A DNA stretch of 62,679 nucleotides, counting the filler, from Rhabdomonas costata (Eukaryota): NCBI GenBank assembly GCA_019059605.1. It is 35 parts of 35 records of this genome, joined end to end, with 100 filler letters (N's around TTAATTAATTAA, not from the genome) between each part and the next. Parts side by side here need not be neighbours in the genome. Positions count along the whole stretch, not along the records: positions 50,249 to 51,942 come from JAHMHO010010549.1; positions 52,043 to 53,736 come from JAHMHO010010550.1; positions 53,837 to 55,530 come from JAHMHO010010551.1; positions 55,631 to 57,324 come from JAHMHO010010552.1; positions 57,425 to 59,096 come from JAHMHO010010553.1; positions 59,197 to 60,885 come from JAHMHO010010554.1; positions 60,986 to 62,679 come from JAHMHO010010555.1; 28 more parts are not named here. One strand, 5' to 3'. Each line of letters starts with the position of its first letter. Positions within the stretch are counted from its first letter, which is position 1. Below, one piece after another: positions 50,149 through 61,139 of the stretch. A program made the position numbers and the translations under genes. The notes under the pieces are model-generated. The model ran no database searches. It saw only the letters and a list, made by a program, of their open reading frames with translations, and was not told the DNA's origin.

Positions 50149-52045
50149 NNNNNNNNNNNNNNNNNNNNNNNNNNNNNNNNNNNNNNNNNNNNTTAATTAA
50201 TTAANNNNNNNNNNNNNNNNNNNNNNNNNNNNNNNNNNNNNNNNNNNNGGGGGTGGGGTTGGCGAGCATCGAGCCCTCGGACGTCTTCAGGCAGGCCACA
50301 CAGGCGGTCCCTAATTCCCGCACAGCCCAACTGCCCTTTTTCCAGGCCGCAGGCTTCCGGAAATTGAGAAGCAATATTGAACACACTCATGCATTGAGCG
50401 GGTGTTGTGACGCACGCTGAGACCAGATCACCGCGCCCCAGGAACCCTCGTCGACCATCGTGCACTTCGAAAGTCGTAAATGCAACCAGCCACCCAAAGC
50501 TGTCCTCTGAACTGCAAATCACTGTGCAAAGCAACCAATGCACCGAAGGTAGGACAAAAAGACAGAAGCGGGGGGTTTGCGCTCGCGACACGGTTCGACC
50601 TTTGAGGTAGAGATGAGGCGAGAACCCCAGCGCTACGGGGAAGGGCTCGCGAGGAAGCGAGGACGGGGCCATGGGAGATGCCGTGGAGCTGAGCGCATGG
50701 GAAACGCCAAGAGACATGGAACAACTCTCACTGCAGTGCAAGGGCAGAGGGGTGAACAGACATTCTTCGCTGTGCAGGGGGAGGTCCGTGGAAAAAACAG
50801 TACGTCAAAAATCATGTCGCCTTTTGCACGGTGGCACTTTTTCGGTTTTGGGAACACATTCGCGGACTACCGAGCATACCATTTGATCGGCATGTGTTCG
50901 GCATGTGCTCAATGAAATACACCGTAAAAAGGAGTTAGAATTCTTTTCTTCTTTCTCGCCGCAACAAAAAACCAGCGCATCATCGCCCCGATATGAGTAT
51001 ATAATTATAACCCTATAATTAGCGGTTAGCCCTGCTTTCCGGTTTGCAGTGCTAACCGTAGCACTGCCAACCAGTCGTACTTTTCAAAAAGCGGGACGAT
51101 ATAACACAACGTCACTGTGGACGTTTTTTTTCGCTGAAATACATCATTTCGGCGTCACTGACCAATTGAGCTAATCCCAGAGTGAGCGTGACATTAACAA
51201 AAATGCCAATGGTTTGGTGGGTCAGCTGTGCGGAACGTTTATCACAGCTCAAATACAACTAAATCCAAACCGACGCAAGACACCAAGCACACCGAGGGCG
51301 GATGAATAAACCGGATAAACCTGCATACCATCTGAGCTCGCTAGAGCGAGGGTTGGGGGTTAAGTTTAGTCTTAGATTGGATGGTGGAAGAAGAAGTAGA
51401 GGTACGCACCTTAATGCGGGCAACGTTAACTTTCCCTCCAGACGGGCCTGCAGCCTGCGGGTGCGCCACGCCGAAAGAAGTAAAGGAGAGAGGAAAATCA
51501 CGCAAGCAGCTGGAGCAATGCAGAGCGGCGCAAGCCACGTGAAGGTCACGGCCTCGCTGACGAGGCAAAACTCTTGCCAGACTCCTCCCTCCAACTTTTT
51601 TCTTGTTTAAAATGCCCGGTTTCATCCCCCCACCGCCCCGGAGTGCTCAGTTTTCAATTTTTCTGTGTATACACCCGCGTGCGTACCCAACACACCTCCC
51701 TATCCAAGTATGTTGCCCTCATTCTCTTTCTGCCGTTCTGCTGAACACTGGACATCTATTACGCAGCAGTTGCGACGGTTGGTGGTTTCTTCTCATGAAA
51801 ACTGACAGAGACAGACCCTCCATCCATGACCCAAACTTGGAACCGAACACCATGGGCAGCGCCTTCTCAATTCTCAATTCAAGCCTCAAAAAAAAACCCT
51901 ATACTACGCAAGCGCGTGCTCTTCTAGGACGCAACCAAAACANNNNNNNNNNNNNNNNNNNNNNNNNNNNNNNNNNNNNNNNNNNNTTAATTAATTAANN
52001 NNNNNNNNNNNNNNNNNNNNNNNNNNNNNNNNNNNNNNNNNNGTG

Positions 52046-52196
52046 TTTGTGTGTACGCTTGGGTGTTTTCGGTGCACACGAAGGACCCATCCCCACTCGC
52101 ATCATCAAGTGTTTCAATTGAAACCACTGCTTCTACTGGTAAACGATTCAGCGCCGAGAATCATGTGCACCGAAAACACCCAAGCGTACACACAAA
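52046..52196. repeat. Contig-terminal inverted repeat (33-bp arms 52046-52078 / 52164-52196)
   Basis: Exact reverse-complement arms starting 3 nt from the contig start. Confidence 0.95.
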
Positions 52197-52383
52197 GAGC
52201 CACTCCATAATTTTAACCAGCTATTGCACTTGGCGCCCAGGACAAGCGATGCCCACATGCACACATTGTGGCCAATGAGGAGGGAGAAGGTTAGCACAGG
52301 CTGTATGAGAGTGCCAATAGCGGACACTCCGACACTTTGGCGCCAGCACAACAAATTGGTGTCGCCTGCGAAAAACAGCCCAC

Positions 52384-53476
52384 CGCACGGATTCATTGTG
52401 AGACAGAAGTCGTATCCCACTCGTGGATTGATCGCTTAGCAGTAGAGACTAGACTTTCCGAGGCGGTCCATTGCCACCCCAAAAGGCTTTATTGTGAGAG
52501 TTGAGACGGAGTTGAGACAGCCACCACATTCGGGAAGTCCCTTTCACAGATAATATGAAGGGACCATTCCAAACCCACCGAAGACTCAAGCAAAACTCAA
52601 GCAAGACTCAAGCAAAAATTTTGAAGGTAACGAAGGGTCTACATACGCTGGAAGAACCGTTCCATTCCCGTCCTGCGCCGCACATCGGCTGTTGTGGGGT
52701 TATCTACTGAAGTGTGCGCGGAGGACAGCTCCGCAGTGACTGTGCCACTGATGTCGTGCAGGAACAGCAACAACAGCTGGTCCATTTCCTGGGAGTGGGA
52801 GGGGGTGGGGAGAGAAATACGTACTCTATTTCAAGCCAAAATTCAACCTCAAAAAAAAAAGGAGCACATTCCACATCGCAGCTGGGCCCATTTCGCCATC
52901 CTCTCTTCTTCCACGCAGGCGCATGAAAACATTCCTGGCACAGTGGAAAATAGCGGATACTGCTCTGGACTCCGCTTTTGCAAAGTTTTCAAGCACTGCC
53001 ATAGTTCCTTCCTATCCAAAATAAAATGAATATCAGTCAGCAAGTGCCGGCTCAGTTTAACTCTCTGCAACCGCTGGGAACGATCGATAGAGATTGCGTT
53101 CGATTGTGAGGACTAACGATGCTGTGGTGGTGATAGTCGGACAGGTAATCCTATAGAATGTCGCTGAAGGCAATTTGCGAGCTACAATGGTCAGCAATTG
53201 ATTGAAAACAGTGCGAGGCAAACCGGACCAAGGGCGAAGATAAGAACCGTGGGGGCCCCAGCACACCGTGCTTGTGGGGCGCTGCACGACGTCGTAGATG
53301 TAGATGAAGTAGTGGTCACCATCCAGCGGCCCCAGCATATAGGGGTGCCCCTCGTCGGCGAAGATGCGCCGCAGCAGGCTGACCTCGGAGGCCATCGAAG
53401 TGCCCGCGGGAGAAGGGCGGTCCCACGGCAAGGTGTGGTTCTTGCGGCTGTACTGCAAAAACTCCACTTCCAGCCC
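52384..53476 (-). CDS. S-adenosylmethionine decarboxylase-family protein, divergent (exons 53476-53267, 52788-52647, 52434-52384)
   Basis: VEFLQYSRKNHTLPW...EVSLLRRIF..GHPYMLGPLDGDHYFIY...TADVRRRTGM...MNPCG: YSRKN, G..Y.LG and NPCG landmarks of eukaryotic AdoMetDC in the correct order; phases 0 and 1 consistent. Confidence 0.85.
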
Positions 53477-54113
53477 CTTGATACAAACAAAACAAGTACC
53501 CACTGACCACATTCGAGCCTCGACCAGGCCCCGCGACCGAGCCAAGTTTAACTCCCGTCTCCAAGTTCCAGATCCATACGCTAAATGGTGAACCTTTCCA
53601 TCCATACCATGCATATTGTCCCTCACTCCCATTCGTCACCAACACCTAGGCATAGTCTTGGAATCCCTGGACGTCCAGTGCACCCACGCCCGAATTTGGG
53701 GCGGGGGCGGGGGTACTTCCATGAATACAAAACACCNNNNNNNNNNNNNNNNNNNNNNNNNNNNNNNNNNNNNNNNNNNNTTAATTAATTAANNNNNNNN
53801 NNNNNNNNNNNNNNNNNNNNNNNNNNNNNNNNNNNNGGTTTTGGTGGTAGTCTGTATTGTGGGGTGTGCACGATGCATCATCTTCATTATGTTCTTTGGT
53901 TGCTGCCTTGAGTGGGTGGGGAAGGGGTGTCATCCCTTCAGATTAGGAAAGCTTGACGTTTGAGCATGGTATGAGTTTTGGGGTTCGTCAGCAGCCTTCA
54001 TGGCACATTTTCTGTCATCTTGGCTGCTGTCGAGTCGAAATGCACTTCTACGGTTGTGGTGGTTGTAGGGAATCTTTTTTCATTCGTCGTTCTTGTTTGT
54101 TGTTTCCTCGCAG

Positions 54114-54964
54114 CACGTGCCTTCTGATGGGAATCCTTGTGACGGTGCTGACTCGCCCGCTCAGCCGGATGGTCCGGGGAATGGAGCAGCTGCTCAACAT
54201 GGAGCTTGCGATGGTCCTTGCAGTTGCCTTGTCTTTTTATAACTTCGCGAATGATTGAGTGCGTTTGGTTTTCGGCAAAGAAGGCACGCTGCAGGTCGAC
54301 CAGACTTGAACAAGGTTTTCAAATCATCCACATTACGGTGTGTTTGTGCATAGGGAAACCAGCAGGCGCGTGAAAGGAACAACCTTTTCTATTCGTGCGT
54401 GTCTATGCTAGAGATATATTTCTTTTTCCCTCTTTTCGTTCGCGCATCCATTAGCTTTCGTCTTTCTCTCTTCTCCTTCCCAATTCCAGGATCTCTCGCC
54501 CGCAGGCCCGTTCGCGGGCTCGAGCAAAGCCGCACTTAAAACCCACCGCCCCTGACCCATTTCCCTCATATCGGTAACTCCGAGCAGTGCCCTTTCGGGA
54601 CACCGTTACCCTTCACACACACACACGCAAGCGATGCGACAGAATGCTCAAGTCCTTGTGTGTTCGATTGAATAGGGCGCCGATCGGGAGTTCAGCCTCT
54701 TTGCGGAGATCCGCGAGATGCAGCACACCACGCGCACCCTGACGGAGGCCCTGCAGGCCTTCCAGCGGTACCTTCCCCCTACTGTGGTGCGGGTGCTGCT
54801 GCGGGACACCACGCTGCACCGGCTGTGGATGACCCCAGTGGAGGTCTCTATCCACTTCAGCGACATTGTGAACTTCACCACCGTCTCGGAGTCGCTCAGC
54901 CATGTGAAGTTAAGTGCACTTCTGCTGGAGTACCTTCAGGAGATGTCGGCGATCATCATAAAAA
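54114..54964 (+). CDS. Membrane-anchored class III adenylate/guanylate cyclase (exons 54114-54213, 54676-54964)
   Basis: TM end plus HAMP-like LTRPLSRMVRGMEQL...SLFAEIREM, then FQRYLPPTVV and SIHFSDIVNFTTVSE...LLLEYLQEMSAII (first metal-binding Asp motif). Confidence 0.9.
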
Positions 54965-56493
54965 GTGCGTTGTGTTTTAATCTTCTTAACAAGGGTTTCT
55001 GGCGTGGAGTGAAGCGATGTTTAGGGGCCTCAGAGTTGCAGGTACCTAAACTTTCTTTTTCAACAGACTGGAAGGAAAGAAAGCACAAAAGATCGCCAAG
55101 TTTTCAGCGGAAAAAGATTTCAACTGTCAGGCTTTGGCGTTCCAGGCACTGCTGTGTCCTAGTCGGTTGTGAGACCCGTTCTGTCTTAGGTCACTAAGGG
55201 CTCCATGAATGACACCCTTTTCGCGATCTTCCGAAAATTGCCTTGTCTGGGCTCTGCCTTGGTCACCAGTACTGTACCGCTTAAGCTACCTCTGACTGTC
55301 TTGTCATGCGGCGGGCTTGGAACGGAGAGGAGTATGGAAATGCAGGGAGAACAGTACAGGGAGCCCTGTGGGGAAGGCGTAAATACGAAACATCCGGCGA
55401 AAAACTTCGGTTCAAAATCCGGCGCCGTGCACGTGAACGTGCAAGTTCTCGATCACAGCTAAAGGGCACACACACACACACCCAGAATGGTGAAGTCCAT
55501 CTTCACCTCACATCCGTAGTTCCCCACAACNNNNNNNNNNNNNNNNNNNNNNNNNNNNNNNNNNNNNNNNNNNNTTAATTAATTAANNNNNNNNNNNNNN
55601 NNNNNNNNNNNNNNNNNNNNNNNNNNNNNNGGGGTGTGTGATCTTGGTTCGCAGTTGGCAGTGGGCTGCGTTGGGGGAGACCCCCCCCGCACGGCACCAA
55701 ACACACAGCTGGTGGGTGTAATGGGGCAGGGGCCTCGTCGATCTGAGTGTTTGCCAGTAACAGAGCGCTAATTTTTTTTGGGAGATTTACGTGAATATGG
55801 GGTCACTATTCACGTAAGATTTTTGACATCTTCATCTGCGAATAACTGAAATTCGACGCAGCTAGGGAAAGCATACCCCATTTGAAAAAGTTCCATTTGA
55901 AAAATGGTTAGGACCGCACAAACGAGCGTGTAGGGTGGAAGTTGCGAAGCTGGGGGCTGCCTCAAAACATGGTGGCACAGAAGGGCAATGCGAGTTTTCG
56001 TGCATAGCTCCGTACTAGAGAAGAGTGGATCGACAAGCACAGAACCCCATTCTACTTCATATGTTCCTTGGCTGCTCGAGAAAATGCACCACTCTGCACG
56101 AAATAGACGCGCGAGTACCCTTTAAGGGCAATAGATGCGAAAAAGCATAAAAGTGAAAACCCGCAAATTACGCATATACATCAATAAGGGTTGGACGCAA
56201 AACTAACAGGACCCAACATATAGCGTACAAAATTACACTCTTAACCCCAACTACTGCACACGGTCTGTGATCAGCGAGGTTACGAGCAGTACAGGACCGA
56301 GCCTCCTGCACAGAGAAGCAAAAAAAAAGACAAAATTAAACGGGTGCGGGGCGCGGCGACGCAGAAAGATGTTATAAGCGCCACAGCAAACTCGAGATCA
56401 AGAGTGAGAGAAGCGTTCGCGGACGCACGTACAACTGAAGCAGGTCGAGGGGAAAAAGCACAAAACAATGCCACTCAGCACAGACTTGCACAC

Positions 56494-57153
56494 CGGATCA
56501 GAACGTTCGTCTGGGGAACATCTGGGGATCCAACAGGAGACCACTGGGACAGCATATCAGTCGCAGACTGCCTAACGGCAGAAAGTTCCACGCTCTCGTC
56601 CGATTTCAGCTTGAGCAGCTGCAGAGAACCCACGCGCCCTCCACCCAAAACTCAGCCTCTATTTCATCTGTCATCCGTCGGTCAAGCAACCTGCCCGCGA
56701 GTTGTCCATGTTGTGGGGATCCGGACAGCACAGCCCTTACAACATATCTGTAGTTGCAAAACTCTCACATTGGAGAGGGGGGAGGAGGAAATTGAAAAAG
56801 CAGACCAAACCCTCCCTCTTTCGAGACGGTTTCCCTTTTCATATATGTGTGGACGCCATTTAACGGTTTCGTTTTCATTTTGGGAGTCGGACTTTGTTGG
56901 CCACCACCTCCGGAGCAATACACAGGCAGGAAAGCGAGAAAAATCCCCCCGCTCAGAATGCGACTATCGAACTCAAAAGCGACACGGAACCCTGACGACA
57001 ATCTTTTGAGCTGGGGTGCAGCCACACCAAAAACAGAGTCTGTAAGAGACAGACCGCCACTCCCGGGGCAGCCCGCATGGCCATATCCACCCAGGACTGC
57101 GCGAGTTCCACAGTAACTTGCTCTGCTAACTTGCGCTCGCCAAATTCACATGC
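56494..57153 (-). CDS. Hypothetical protein (exons 57153-57055, 56618-56494)
   Basis: Two CAG/GT-bounded stop-free exons joining in phase 0; no family recognised. Confidence 0.45.
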
Positions 57154-57541
57154 CTGAGGGGGGCAGAGCGCCACAGAGAAGCAAAAGTGCAACATTTCTC
57201 TGTCGTGGGTCTGGTCCACTGATCGTCTGATCTAGCTCTTGACGCCTTTTCACAGCGGCCTTCAAATGAAACTCCTGTCGCAGCCAGGCACACATGTCCC
57301 TCAGGCACACAGGCACCACAAACCNNNNNNNNNNNNNNNNNNNNNNNNNNNNNNNNNNNNNNNNNNNNTTAATTAATTAANNNNNNNNNNNNNNNNNNNN
57401 NNNNNNNNNNNNNNNNNNNNNNNNGTGGGTTTTGAGCGGCTCAACGGTGGCTACTTTGTCATTCGACCACGGTATCTCTTTCTCAGTCTCCTTTGTGCCT
57501 CGCCGCATATGTTCTGTCCTTGTCGGGACTACCGCTCTCAG

Positions 57542-58131
57542 GCGCAGGTCCTTCAGGCGGCGAACCTGGAGCCTGGTGCCCTGGACCTGATCACGCACAA
57601 GCTGGAGGACATGCTCGAGAAGAAGAACCGCACCATAAAGGACCTCTACTTCGAGCTGGTATGCCCGCCGGGGTGTTTGATCATAGAGCACAAATTGTGC
57701 TGGTTTTGTGCCCATCTTTCCGCGTAACAACGCCAATTCAGAAAACAAAGCATGAGCACAGGGAACCCGCATGCAGACACCGATTTTGGTTTGTGTCCCA
57801 TGAGACGCTATATTGAAAACTGCTTCCACAATGGATGGCTGAAGTCGCGCAAGAACTGGTTTGCATTGGTGCACACAGCGGAGCGTCCAGAGACAATTGT
57901 GGAGAAATTTTTCACAAACCTAAGGTAGGGTCTGTAGTGTATCTCGGTTGTTGGGGAGATCTTTCGAAGATTGTGTAGTGTTAGTGTGGATTTGAGCATT
58001 CAGTGGTTAGGCTGCTTTGCGATTTTCAGGCCAAAGTGGAGGTCCAGCACGCCGACACCATCCGTGCATGCGAAGAGAAGTGCAAGGCCAGTGGGGTGCC
58101 CCCGCTGAACCTGATTCAGATGGGCTCCTGA
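57542..58131 (+). CDS. GAS8: GAS8/DRC4 (trypanin family) C-terminus (exons 57542-57658, 58030-58131)
   Basis: [61 protein letters not shown]-...-TGA is colinear with the GAS8 C-terminus; implies a motile flagellum. Could be a trypanin-related paralog. Confidence 0.88.
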
Positions 58132-61100
58132 AGTCGGTGGTCTGAGACGGGGGGAAGGCCATCACCCGCATTCACGCACTCCACCGAACTCCTTCGCACT
58201 CCACCAGAGGCTTGCGGGCATCGCCCTTGCGAGAAGTCTGTTTGCATGTGGTCCTTCGTCACTCCTTTTTCCTCGGATGTGAGCTTCTTCTATGTTTTAT
58301 TGCTGTGTGTTTGTAAACTGACCGTGAATCTGTAGTTATGGTGCTGTCAGTTTGGCTTGTTCTATTTTGATGTTCGGAGCGATCCTGCTGAACTAGTCTC
58401 ATCAGTTATGGTTTTTCCGGGACTTTTAGACGTGCCGCTGATTCGGCATCGATTGTGAAGTCACACCGGAGTTTCTCGATGAATTCTTTTGACAAAAATA
58501 CCCAGCTGTTTGGGCGTGATGCCTTGCGACGATTCATTCGTATTCGTGATGTTAGGTGCTGACACACCGGATAAGTGTCCCCTTGACCGTTGTACCCAAA
58601 CCAAATGCACCTGTTGCTCGGTCGTGCGCCTTGTTCTCCACTTGTGCTTCCCAACTAGCAGGAATGTATTCTGCGGCCCTCTTTCAGGCTGCCTTTTCCG
58701 CACCGATCGACCAGCCTAATTTTGCCGTACATGGGCAAAAAACTGAATCCATACATCAGCAATTGCGCGGCGCTAGGTTCATTCCCCAAACTGATTCCCC
58801 AAACGCCGGACCCGGCAAAAGACCCCGTTCGGCTGGACGGGGTCCGATCACCACCCTGAACGCCGTCCGTGTGAACAAATGTTGGGCGGGCAAAACGGAA
58901 AAACAAGACAGACCAGTGCGTAGATCATGAGCCGGACGTTACCGTCAAATAGAATGGATGGCATCAGCACCTAACCTCACTTTTACGGCTCTCTAGGCTT
59001 ACTCGCTTTTCGAGCAATGTCTCATTTGTGTTCGGGGCTAATTGAAAATAGCGACGAAGTGGTGATGATGCGTAGTAAGTTGATTCCCCACCAACANNNN
59101 NNNNNNNNNNNNNNNNNNNNNNNNNNNNNNNNNNNNNNNNTTAATTAATTAANNNNNNNNNNNNNNNNNNNNNNNNNNNNNNNNNNNNNNNNNNNNTTTG
59201 GGCATTTCCCACACTACAGGGGTGTTAAGCACACGACATACCCTAAGCATGCGTGGTATCATGTTTTCTCCAGCGCCAAATAATTTGCTGAAAGTAGTGT
59301 ATGGGCACCTCCTGCCAACCTGACTCATATGCTGTGTGACGTCGGGTGCGTGCTGCTTGAGTTGTAGACCTACTTAGATGTTGTCGTAGAAAAGCGGTCT
59401 TTGACCTCCCCTGAGGTAAAAAGCACCGTTCACGCATCCATGTGTATAGCTTTTCCGCTTGCCCCACTGTCTCGGTTCTATGCTGTTCCTACTTTACCTT
59501 TGCACCCCTGGATCCAGCTTCCACACTTCAGCTTCTCCATGGTGCTCACTCCCTTTTGCACCAGTCGTCAACCCACCGCTCGTTCCCCGTTGAGCAGCCG
59601 TTTCCTTTTCCCTTCCCCTACTGCACCATTAGCTTTCCCGTCAGCCCCGCCGAGTACACCCGATGTGCCCATCCTATATTCTCCTTTGTGGTAAAAGCCC
59701 TCCAGTAGCTCTATACCATGTTGTTTTGATAACCTTCTTATTTCCTGCTCTTCTTTTTCCTCCGAACTCGCGTTCTCACTCTGTTAGTTCCTTATTAGCC
59801 TCTGGAAATTCTCACCCGGTTTCAGTCATTCTCTGCTGCGCCTTCGCGCTTGTTTGGAACCAATCTTTTTTGCACTGATGAACCTGAAAATAGTGAAAGG
59901 GAAAAAGCTTGGGCATCTTCATATCAATGTTGCGGTCGCGGGGGAGGACTGAACTCATGGAAACCTTCCCTGAAACCTGAACATGAAACTGCACCGCCTT
60001 GGTCAACTACAAAAGACAGCAAAATCTATTTTCCCCTAGCACCCCATCTGCGGGTTTTCCAGGGAGCAGCAAAGGGACAGAGCTCCAGCAGGAGGTGTGA
60101 CTGAATCACGGGAGTTTCTTCGCTCAATGGAAAACGGCACCCCAGTCCAATGAGAAAGAGTTCAATGGGAAGTGCGGAAAGGGTCAGAGTGGGGGTGCGA
60201 ACGTGGTGTGGCCGTTGTGTATGTGTGTGCAGGTTTTGCCTGAGGTATGGGGGCAGAGAAAGAGGCGCTGGTGTGGGACTTGGCCGAGGCCGTGGCAGCG
60301 GAGAGGTTGGGGCTGTGGTAGAGCTTCAGGGCCGCGGGGAGGGCGCCCGCGGAGCGGGCCCACAGCCAAGGCGGGGCCTCGCCCCGCACACCCACCGCCG
60401 CCGAGCCCATCCCCACACCAACCACAACCACAGAGACCTGACAGTACAATCCATAAACATACACCTAAACAGAGAACCATTAAAAAGGTATAAAGGCGAG
60501 GAAGACAATTCTCCGAAGGCTCTACCTACAGGGAAGAAGAAACTGGATCCAGAAGGAGACTTGCACCTGAAATGCATCATTTGCGAAGAAGTTTACAGGG
60601 ATGCGGGAATTTCCAATTCACATGAGCTATGACGGGCTCTGTCGAACAGATAATCTTTGGGCAGCACGGGATTTTCAAAAGACTCCTGCAAAGGTAAAAA
60701 AAAGGTCCTACATTTTGGCGCGTCTTTCCGAACATTCGAACATTCCGCAGTTATCCGAATGCGCGAGACGACGCTTTCAGCTCACAGTGCTATGGAAAAA
60801 GCTATTGGCCAACTGCATCGGAAATGGCGAGAGACCTAGACATCCATTGCGCACAAAAACCTTCTGGAAAAGTTACATAACAGGTNNNNNNNNNNNNNNN
60901 NNNNNNNNNNNNNNNNNNNNNNNNNNNNNTTAATTAATTAANNNNNNNNNNNNNNNNNNNNNNNNNNNNNNNNNNNNNNNNNNNNGGGGGGGGTTGCAGA
61001 GACAGCGGCAGTGCCCGTCACAGTTGTGCCAGGCCAGTCAGATGCAGTGGTAGGAGCTTTGCGGAAGCTTCAAGTAAACTATCCGTAGTCTCCAAGGTAC

Positions 61101-61139
61101 TACGGTAAAGAAGATAACTTTCTTCTGTGGTTAGTTGCA

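Noticed and set aside
52051-52130. FSVHTKDP...VSIET as an inverted next exon of the AdoMetDC-like gene
   Set aside because: Wrong strand, inside a probable chimeric fold-back, and VSIET derives from the palindrome GTTTCAATTGAAAC.
60430-60885. Transposase remnant (KCIICEEV)
   Set aside because: A single CxxC followed by a stop; no catalytic motifs were recognisable.
1733-60941. Regularly spaced TTAATTAATTAA as a CRISPR-like or biological repeat array
   Set aside because: Always embedded in 44+44 Ns; it is a concatenation linker.
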